A stretch of DNA of 5,600 nt from IMG/VR virus record IMGVR_UViG_3300034036_000005, positions 1-5,600 of that record; one strand, given 5' to 3'. Source of the DNA: a virus. The notes beneath the pieces are model-generated. The model was not told where the DNA came from. It searched no databases and saw only the letters and a program-made list of their open reading frames with translations. A program made the translations under genes and the position numbers. Within the stretch, counting starts at the first letter, position 1. Every line of letters starts with the position of its first letter. Below are positions 1 to 5,047 of this stretch, piece after piece.

Positions 1-94
1 GTGATATCCGCTAACCAGCTTGGTGCACGTGCCGGGCTGGTTTGTCACAAGGTCGTGCTTCTGAAAGGGCGCTCCGTGTATGTGATTTATCGCG
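1..94. repeat. Left copy of an exact 94-nt direct repeat (identical to 5507..5600). Interpreted as terminal redundancy from linearising a circular 5506-nt genome.
   Basis: Base-by-base comparison of 1..94 with 5507..5600 shows identity. The repeat touches both window edges, and an ORF starting at 5486 continues in frame into position 1. Confidence 0.93.
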
Positions 95-171
95 GCTCCG
101 TTCCTGTTGTGGTAACGGAAAATTCTGACTCTGTAATTCAGAAAATGCGTGCCCTGGTGCGTGCGCAATGA
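1..171 (+). CDS. 3' part of a small hypothetical protein. The joined ORF (5486..5506 plus 1..171 on the circle) is 63 aa, soluble-looking and of unknown function.
   Basis: Frame 1 is open from position 1 to TGA 169..171. The joined product is MAALDAAVISANQLGARAGLVCHKVVLLKGRSVYVIYRGSVPVVVTENSDSVIQKMRALVRAQ. Its stop overlaps the ATG at 168 of the next gene (ATGA), which suggests translational coupling. No clear Shine-Dalgarno precedes 5486, and I recognise no motif. Confidence 0.5.
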   Translation: MISANQLGARAGLVCHKVVLLKGRSVYVIYRGSVPVVVTENSDSVIQKMRALVRAQ

Positions 172-413
172 TCTGCTTATCTGCTGATGCGGCTGGCGTT
201 CTGTCGGTCATTAATCCTCAACCTTCCGACGTTACGGCGTGCTCCATCGTCGTCGGAAACTATGCCGAATCAGCAAACCCGTGGATCCAATTAACCACGG
301 GCGACGGTGCACTAATTGCGGGGGCAATCCTCGCTGTTTGGGCGGTGGGCTACTCATTCCGGGTGCTCATCAAAGTTTTAAAACACACTGATGAAAAGGA
401 AACTGAATCATGA
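168..413 (+). CDS. 81-aa small membrane protein. It may be a minor virion or assembly protein, since it sits where Ff has gVII/gIX, upstream of the major coat gene.
   Basis: ATGA overlaps at both ends (168..171 and 410..413). A single C-terminal hydrophobic helix (GALIAGAILAVWAVGYSFRVLI) is followed by a charged tail (KHTDEKETES). It lies directly upstream of the coat gene. The function is inferred from position only. Confidence 0.6.
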   Translation: MICLSADAAGVLSVINPQPSDVTACSIVVGNYAESANPWIQLTTGDGALIAGAILAVWAVGYSFRVLIKVLKHTDEKETES

Positions 414-604
414 ATAAGTTAAACGCTGTTCTGTTGGCTGCTCTCTCGTTGTTCGCTGTTGGCGCGCAGGCTGCTGCGGTGGATGTGTCTGCGGTTGTAA
501 CCGACATCGCCGCGCAAGCTGCTCCCATCGCGCTTATCGGCGCTGCTGTTTTGATCCTGATGGTAGGGATCAAAGCGTTCAAGTGGGTTCGGCGCGCAAT
601 GTAA
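410..604 (+). CDS. Major coat protein precursor, pVIII-like (64 aa, predicted 43-aa mature form).
   Basis: The signal peptide MNKLNAVLLAALSLFAVGAQA ends in an AxA cleavage motif. The mature part AAVDVSAVVTDIAAQAAPIALIGAAVLILMVGIKAFKWVRRAM has an acidic N-terminus (2 Asp), a hydrophobic core and a basic C-terminus (K, K, R, R). This is the canonical inovirus coat layout. An AGGA lies about 9 nt upstream of the ATG, and a terminator follows immediately. Confidence 0.9.
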   Translation: MNKLNAVLLAALSLFAVGAQAAAVDVSAVVTDIAAQAAPIALIGAAVLILMVGIKAFKWVRRAM

Positions 605-608
605 TAAA

Positions 609-633
609 GCGGGGGCTTCGGCCCCTGTTTTTT
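609..633 (+). terminator. Rho-independent terminator downstream of the major coat gene.
   Basis: The GC stem GGGGC (612..616) pairs with GCCCC (621..625) around a TTCG tetraloop (617..620). Flanking pairs 609..611 with 626..628 (G-U, C-G, G-U) can extend the stem. It is followed by TTTTTT (628..633) and starts 5 nt after the TAA stop at 602..604. Confidence 0.8.
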
Positions 634-686
634 AGTGGGGGTTCTATGGCCGGTTTACTCGTTTTGATCGCAGTTTTGGGGGCGGC

Positions 687-2003
687 ATGGCTAATTTTTT
701 CCGCATAGTTTTTTTGTTTTTGCTTTCGGTAAATGCGCACGCGCACGTTGATGATATGGTCAACCTTTATCAGGCTGTTGACCAGGGTAAGGTCGTGATC
801 TCCGTTGATCGGTGGGGCGATACGCGTGGCAATGGGTATTTCGCCACGATCGTTGATCTTGGCGAATCTTATTGCAATGGCCCAAACGCTCCAGCCTATC
901 GTAATGGCCCTGTAACGTATCCGTCTAATCATCCCTCGGGGTGGGTAATATCTCCTACCTGTGCGGATACCAATAGCACCGGCGGCGTTGCGGAGGGTCA
1001 TGTGGCGTTAGCTTGTCCGTCTGGCCAGACTCCTGACAGTGTGACTAAATTATGTGCTTCGCAATGCCCTGCTGCGGGTACGCCTGTTCCTGGTGGCAGT
1101 CAAGGATTTTCGAAAACCGGCGGTTCGATGAATCTATGCGTTTCGAATTGCGGCATAACGTGCAGCGGAGATATTTGTATGGGATCGCGATCCGCTCCCG
1201 ATGGTGGTTGGACTTATGGCCCGTGGACTAATACGGGTTTGACTTGTACTTCCACGCCAAATGCTACGCCTACGAATTGCCCGGAAGGGCAGGTTTCTGG
1301 CGAATTTAATGGTGCAACTATTTGTCTCCCCGGCGGAAAGCCTACTGATGGCGCGCAAAAGAAAACAGAGAAGCAAACTGTTACGAATCCTGATGGAAGC
1401 AAAACTGAAATAACAACTAACACAACTACAACGTGTAATGCAGCTGGTGCGTGTTCGACGAATACCACAATTACTACAAATAATTATGCCCCGGGTGTTG
1501 ACCCGGGTGCTGGTACTCCGTCGTCGTCATCGACGGAAAGCAAACAGGCTGAGGCTGACAAAAAAACGTTCTGTGAGCAAAATCCAAATAGCCCTCTTTG
1601 TAAAAAATTCGATAATTCTTTTGGTGGTTCGTGCGGTGGTTTCTCTTGTGATGGCGATGCGATCCAGTGCGCTATTGCGCGAGAACAGCACAATCGCAAC
1701 TGCACGCTTTTTGATACCGCCACATCGCTTAGTGATCTTGGCAATAAAGTTGCGTCCGGTGTTGAGGACTTAAACGGCGCGGTTCGTTCTACCGCTGCGG
1801 CTCGCGATACGGTCAACCTCTCGAGTTCTCTTGATACATCTAAACGGCTCTCGGGTTCCCTTTCTGATCTCACTGTCACCATGTGGGGCGGTCAATCAAT
1901 CACTCTCCCGTTTGCAAAACTTAATCCGTATCTTTCTTTCATGGGTTCCATCGTGATGACGTTCGCGTTTGTCGCGGGTGCTCGAATTGTGGGGGTGGTC
2001 TAA
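687..2003 (+). CDS. pIII-like minor coat / host adsorption protein (438 aa).
   Basis: It has an N-terminal signal peptide (MANFFRIVFLFLLSVNAHA) and about 20 Cys by my count, an even number consistent with disulfides. A Thr/Asn/Ser/Gly-rich low-complexity linker runs TEITTNTTTTCNAAGACSTNTTITTNNYAPGVDPGAGTPSSSSTES. A C-terminal hydrophobic anchor (YLSFMGSIVMTFAFVAGARIVGVV) follows. It is the largest structural ORF, lying between the coat gene and the pVI-like gene. A G-rich SD (GGGGG, 678..682) sits just upstream. Confidence 0.8.
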   Translation: MANFFRIVFLFLLSVNAHAHVDDMVNLYQAVDQGKVVISVDRWGDTRGNGYFATIVDLGESYCNGPNAPAYRNGPVTYPSNHPSGWVISPTCADTNSTGGVAEGHVALACPSGQTPDSVTKLCASQCPAAGTPVPGGSQGFSKTGGSMNLCVSNCGITCSGDICMGSRSAPDGGWTYGPWTNTGLTCTSTPNATPTNCPEGQVSGEFNGATICLPGGKPTDGAQKKTEKQTVTNPDGSKTEITTNTTTTCNAAGACSTNTTITTNNYAPGVDPGAGTPSSSSTESKQAEADKKTFCEQNPNSPLCKKFDNSFGGSCGGFSCDGDAIQCAIAREQHNRNCTLFDTATSLSDLGNKVASGVEDLNGAVRSTAAARDTVNLSSSLDTSKRLSGSLSDLTVTMWGGQSITLPFAKLNPYLSFMGSIVMTFAFVAGARIVGVV

Positions 2004-2306
2004 ATGCCGATATTTCTCGCTGCGTTGTTGGGTGGATTTGTTTCGTCGCTCGGCTCCATTGTTGGTCGAGTTCTTATTTCCCTTGGCCTGGGTTTCGTAA
2101 CTTATAGCGGGTTCTCCGTTCTCCTTGATTGGATAAAAGCCGAAGTATTTGCGCGCCTTCTTGGTGTAGATCAAATGGCTATTGCTATTTTCTCGCTTCT
2201 TCAAATCGACTCAGCCATTAATATTCTTTTCTCCGCTATTGCAATCCGTTTCGTCATTCAAGGCGTGAGCGGTGGAACATTTACTAAAGCGGTTTGGAAA
2301 GCATGA
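2004..2306 (+). CDS. pVI-like hydrophobic minor coat protein (100 aa).
   Basis: The ATG directly abuts the TAA of the pIII-like gene (2001..2003), with a G-rich SD (GGGGGTGG, 1991..1998). The protein is strongly hydrophobic with several predicted membrane helices. Its size and its position between the gIII-like and gI-like genes match pVI of filamentous phages. Confidence 0.7.
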   Translation: MPIFLAALLGGFVSSLGSIVGRVLISLGLGFVTYSGFSVLLDWIKAEVFARLLGVDQMAIAIFSLLQIDSAINILFSAIAIRFVIQGVSGGTFTKAVWKA

Positions 2307-3469
2307 TTACCTTAATCACCGGCCAACCCGGCGCAGGTAAAACGCTCTACGCTCTTAATTTTGTAAAAGACCGCGCAGAAAAAGAAAATCGGCCTGTTTA
2401 TTTTTCGGGTATTAATGATTTGAAACTGCCTTGGCTTGAATTGGATTCTGGTGAGGATTGGCACAAAGTCCCCTCCGGTTCTATCGTTATTCTTGATGAA
2501 TGCCAGCGTGTTTTCCGTCCTCGGGCGCAAGGTTCCAGTGTTCCTGAATACGTTTCAAAACTCGAAACCCATCGGCACGACGGTATTGATCTCGTTCTAG
2601 TTACGCAGCATCCAATGCTCGCTGATAACAACGTTCGCCGCTTGGTTGGTCAACATTTTCACGTTGTGCGCGCCTTCGGAACAAAAAAAGCAACGGTGCA
2701 CGAGTGGGGTGAAGTTAAAACCGATTGTGATAAACGCCGCTCCGATTCAATTCGCCATGATTTTTTCTATCCGAGGAAGTCTTTCGATTGGTATAAGAGT
2801 GCTGAGCTTCACACGCACAAAGCGCGGATTCCCCTCCGCGTTTTTTTCTTGTTCGCGCTTCCGTTGATTCTCGGCGGCATTATCTGGGCTGCTGTTCATT
2901 ATTTCCGTACGCCTGGGACTACGCCGCTTCCCGCTTCGATTACCGGTGTTCAGGCTGGCACAGTTCCTTCTGCTGTTCCCGCTGCCGTCAAAGTCAAAAC
3001 CGTTGCGCAGTATCTTGATGAGCGCTCTCCGCGAATCGCGGGGCTTGCGTATACCGCACCCGTTTACGATGACGCCACGAGGCCTACAGACGCGCCGTTC
3101 CCTGCTGCGTGTATGGCTTTCAAAAGTCGATGTTCTTGTTTCTCTCAACAAGCGACGGTGCTTGATGTTCCCGGAGCTGTTTGTCGGCAAATTGTTGCGC
3201 GTGGCTACTTTAAGGATTGGGACTCGAAACCAAAGTCCGAACGTCAAACAGTGGCGCTTGCGCCTTCAATTGATCGTAGGGCAAAGCCCGAAGATGTAGA
3301 CCGTCCCGCGCTCGTGATACCCCCTCCGGTGCATGTGCCGCTGTCTGACGGGTTCAGCGCTCCGCGCCCTGGTATAGACAAGGGGTCAGCCGTTAAACCT
3401 CCTGGCGGCCTTCCTAGTGCTTCTCCGGGAGCTCCTGGCTCCGGGATAGGCGGGAAGGGCGGCGCGTAG
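2303..3469 (+). CDS. Zot/pI-family phage assembly ATPase (388 aa from ATG 2303; the track ORF begins at an upstream TTG at 2294).
   Basis: Walker A GQPGAGKT is encoded at 2321..2344, and a Walker B-like IVILDECQ is present. A single central TM helix (VFFLFALPLILGGIIWAAVHYF) is followed by a C-terminal domain with conserved-looking Cys and a Pro/Gly-rich tail. ATG 2303 overlaps TGA 2304..2306 of the pVI-like gene (ATGA), so I prefer it to TTG 2294. Confidence 0.9.
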   Translation: MITLITGQPGAGKTLYALNFVKDRAEKENRPVYFSGINDLKLPWLELDSGEDWHKVPSGSIVILDECQRVFRPRAQGSSVPEYVSKLETHRHDGIDLVLVTQHPMLADNNVRRLVGQHFHVVRAFGTKKATVHEWGEVKTDCDKRRSDSIRHDFFYPRKSFDWYKSAELHTHKARIPLRVFFLFALPLILGGIIWAAVHYFRTPGTTPLPASITGVQAGTVPSAVPAAVKVKTVAQYLDERSPRIAGLAYTAPVYDDATRPTDAPFPAACMAFKSRCSCFSQQATVLDVPGAVCRQIVARGYFKDWDSKPKSERQTVALAPSIDRRAKPEDVDRPALVIPPPVHVPLSDGFSAPRPGIDKGSAVKPPGGLPSASPGAPGSGIGGKGGA

Positions 3470-3658
3470 CGCCGCACCCCGCATAGACTTGTAACCGGGA
3501 CACATAAGTTTTTCCCCTCTGCTGAGCTCGAAATAGGGTCTCGCATTTATTTGATTTAAAAGGGTTTTAAATTTTCAGATCTTGAAATGGAAAAACCCCG
3601 CGCAAGAGGGAATCTTGCCGGGGCCGTGATCGTCACCCAATGTCAAAGGGCCGTAACG
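3470..3658 (+). promoter_or_regulatory. Main non-coding or structured region between the assembly gene and rep. It is a candidate for the rep promoter, a replication origin or a packaging signal.
   Basis: It contains a perfect 8-bp AT-rich inverted repeat (3554..3561 and 3565..3572) and an 11-bp bulged GC-rich hairpin (3596..3623). No convincing coding signal appears before ATG 3659. Filamentous phages usually concentrate ori and packaging structures in their largest intergenic region. The assignment is inferential. Confidence 0.4.
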
Positions 3659-4483
3659 ATGCATCAAATGTTAGCAGAAAAAAAAGACTATCAAGCAACA
3701 ATACGCAGGTTTCCGCATGGCGGGGTGGAGGTCTCAGTCTCTTGCACTCAGCATATGGCTCGAATGTCGGCCTCGATGCGTTGGTCTGCGCATGATCCGA
3801 TAAAGCTAGGACGTGAAGAGTTGACCGACGAACAGAAAGCCGCAAAAGCTGCCGAGAATTTGGATAGGTCGGTACGTCGGGCTCGTCAAAAGGTGCGGTG
3901 GGTTAACAAGTGCATGCAAGCTGACCATATGGTCACGCTCTCGTATCGGGAAAACATGACCGACGTTAGCCGCCTAAAAAGAGATTGGCGCGCATTCGTA
4001 AAGCTCTTCACCGCACGGCACCCCGATTGGAAATATCTTGCCGTTCGCGAATATCAAGATCGCGGCGCGTTGCATCTTCATATCGCAACTCATGGTCATC
4101 AGGATATTAAATATCTGCGTCGATGCTGGTATATCGTTCTAGGCGCTGCTCCTGACGCTGCTGGCGCTTCTGCGCCCGGTCAAGTGGATGTTACGGGGCC
4201 AAATAAGCGATGGGGCGGTGATGGCCGGAAATGGGCCTCTGACAAGCTCGCCGCGTACATGACGAAATACCTCCACAAGTGCTTTGAGGAAGCGGAAACA
4301 GGTTCAAAGCGCTACTGGGCAAGCAAGGGAATAGAAAAACCGGAAGTAACAAAAGTTTGGCTTGGCTCTACGAATTACGTCGCCGCGATTGGCGAGACTT
4401 ACGAATTAACTAAAGCTGAGTGCGGCGAGGTCGAAACAATGTGGAGTAGTGAGGGGTGGCAATCAATATGGATGAGCGGCTAG
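3587..4483 (+). CDS. Rolling-circle replication initiator (HUH-superfamily Rep with a two-tyrosine motif). This is the maximal ORF, and the real start is possibly ATG 3659 or 3668.
   Basis: Three RCR motifs occur in canonical order. Motif 1 is MVTLSY (nt 3929..3946). Motif 2 is HUH, within ALHLHIATHG (His-Leu-His at nt 4073..4081). Motif 3 is YMTKY (Tyr codons at 4256..4258 and 4268..4270), resembling the YxxKY active site of the phiX174 gpA / P2 A class. ATG 3587 has no SD and its first 24 codons contain the 3596..3623 hairpin. ATG 3659 has AAGGG 8 nt upstream. Confidence 0.8.
   Translation: MEKPRARGNLAGAVIVTQCQRAVTMHQMLAEKKDYQATIRRFPHGGVEVSVSCTQHMARMSASMRWSAHDPIKLGREELTDEQKAAKAAENLDRSVRRARQKVRWVNKCMQADHMVTLSYRENMTDVSRLKRDWRAFVKLFTARHPDWKYLAVREYQDRGALHLHIATHGHQDIKYLRRCWYIVLGAAPDAAGASAPGQVDVTGPNKRWGGDGRKWASDKLAAYMTKYLHKCFEEAETGSKRYWASKGIEKPEVTKVWLGSTNYVAAIGETYELTKAECGEVETMWSSEGWQSIWMSG
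3596..3623 (+). other. Stable stem-loop: 11 bp with a one-nucleotide bulge and a 5-nt loop.
   Basis: CCCCG(C)GCAAGA at 3596..3607 pairs with TCTTGCCGGGG at 3613..3623. C3601 is bulged and the loop is GGGAA (3608..3612). Pairing was checked by hand. Confidence 0.65.
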
Positions 4484-4642
4484 CTTAGACATTCGCACCT
4501 TGTGTGCAATATTCCATCCGTGAATGTAATACTCAAGCCGCAATGAATCTTTCCATCGTGGCGCGTTTAACTCAATCCAATCGGCGATGTCCTGATGCGT
4601 GACTGGTATCTCGCCGAACAGGTCGTAAACGTTGGGTCTCAT
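4463..4642 (-). CDS. 59-aa hypothetical protein, not in the supplied ORF track. It would be the second gene of the minus-strand regulatory operon.
   Basis: Hand translation of the minus strand gives MRPNVYDLFGEIPVTHQDIADWIELNAPRWKDSLRLEYYIHGWNIAHKVRMSKLAAHPY, then a stop. The ATG (4642..4640) lies 3 nt after the TGA (4648..4646) of the upstream HTH gene (minus strand reads TGA TGC ATG). The ORF fills the otherwise unassigned gap 4484..4645 and overlaps the rep 3' end by 21 nt. There is no SD, so any expression would rely on coupling. An open frame of this length has only modest statistical weight. Confidence 0.4.
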   Translation of the reverse strand: MRPNVYDLFGEIPVTHQDIADWIELNAPRWKDSLRLEYYIHGWNIAHKVRMSKLAAHPY

Positions 4643-4645
4643 GCA

Positions 4646-5047
4646 TCAAATAGCGGCGCAGAACCTAATAACTTGATTCCGCTTAATAGCTTGTGCGATT
4701 TGACATAATATACAGTGGGCGGAATAAGCCGCTTCGGTGATGGGGTAGGCTAGTAAAATAAAAGCGATTGCCGAATTTTTATTTAACTTTTTTAATATCC
4801 GTTCCCAATATTCCTTGCGCAATTTATTTTTCTCGTTTTCTACTCCGATTAGCGCGGTTATCTCTATTAGAGTTCGGTTTGTAAGTTCGGCTATTCGTGC
4901 TTTTGCGAAGTCTCCGGGCAGGCTTTTTTTGTGCCTAAAGCCGCTTACTAATTGTTTTTCAATTCCGATTTCGTTCGCTAGTGCGTAGTCGCTTTTCAAA
5001 TTAGCTTTTTGCTTTGCTTCGTTAAGTAGCTTGTCAAGGTTCGTCAC
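4646..5047 (-). CDS. XRE/Cro-CI-like helix-turn-helix regulator (133 aa) with a hydrophobic C-terminal segment. Candidate phage repressor or immunity protein.
   Basis: A GTG start (5047..5045) is preceded by a strong SD, AGGAG (complement of 5055..5059), with a 7-nt spacer. The N-terminal segment SDYALANEIGIEKQLVSGFRHKKSLP fits the helix-turn-helix pattern of Cro/CI-type regulators. It is transcribed divergently from the gV-like structural operon across a repeat-rich intergenic region. G+C is markedly lower than in the rest of the genome. Confidence 0.7.
   Translation of the reverse strand: MTNLDKLLNEAKQKANLKSDYALANEIGIEKQLVSGFRHKKSLPGDFAKARIAELTNRTLIEITALIGVENEKNKLRKEYWERILKKLNKNSAIAFILLAYPITEAAYSAHCILCQIAQAIKRNQVIRFCAAI

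Noticed and set aside
1-94. The 94-nt repeat as prophage att sites, LTR-like ends or a genuine tandem duplication.
   Set aside because: The repeat copies coincide exactly with the window edges, with no flanking host sequence. An ORF is continuous across the implied junction. Circular permutation of the record explains it most simply.
160-187. A possible XerCD dif-like attP (GTGCGCA ... TTAT) around 160..187.
   Set aside because: Against the E. coli dif consensus GGTGCGCATAA-TGTATA-TTATGTTAAAT I count only about 7/11 matches in the XerC arm and 5/11 in the XerD arm. The site also lies inside coding sequence at a gene junction. That is too weak to call.
579-1001. Minus-strand ORFs from the track that overlap the + strand genes: 11..211, 370..582, 579..1001, 1134..1376, 1214..1468, 1484..1882, 1896..2204, 2312..2530, 2398..2631, 2747..3247, 3244..3546, 3633..3845 and 5073..5345.
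   Set aside because: Each lies antisense to an ORF with strong functional signatures (coat, pIII-like, pI, Rep, SSB). Their translations are Arg/Ser/Pro-rich or low complexity, they lack SD sequences and they do not fit the one-strand coupled organisation. I treat them as shadow ORFs, which are especially expected in the GC-rich 2900..3500 stretch.
1438-1773. Same-strand, off-frame ORFs 1438..1773, 2646..2867 and 2946..3299.
   Set aside because: They are embedded out of frame within the pIII-like and pI-like genes. Their products are Arg/Leu-rich with no motifs, and I saw no start-site signals. Overlapping genes cannot be strictly excluded, but nothing supports them.
2303-3469. An internal in-frame start within the pI-like gene producing a pXI-like protein, as in Ff.
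   Set aside because: There is no ATG with an SD shortly upstream of the TM helix (…HTHKARIPLRVFFLF…). The only internal Met after that point lies well beyond the helix. Nothing in the sequence supports this.
3459-3475. A GC hairpin GCGGCGC-GTA-GCGCCGC spanning the stop codon of the pI-like gene, considered as a terminator.
   Set aside because: The 7-bp stem is real but has a strained 3-nt loop and no downstream T-tract (ACCCCGCATAG follows). It may still be a structural element of the intergenic region, but I cannot call it a terminator.
3678-3685. Homopolymer runs as possible slippage or phase-variation tracts: A8 at 3678..3685 in rep, A7 at 1560..1566 in the pIII-like gene, A7 at 2683..2689 and T7 at 2841..2847 in the pI-like gene, and T7 at 4924..4930.
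   Set aside because: Runs of 7-8 nt are common by chance in a genome with AT-rich patches. None is followed by an alternative frame with a meaningful extension that I could see.
4537-4562. An imperfect hairpin (GCCGCAATG / CATCGTGGC with an 8-nt loop) downstream of rep, considered as a rep terminator.
   Set aside because: It contains one mismatch and one wobble in 9 bp and is followed only by a weak GCGTTTAA. It also lies within the candidate 59-aa minus-strand ORF. That is not convincing as an intrinsic terminator.
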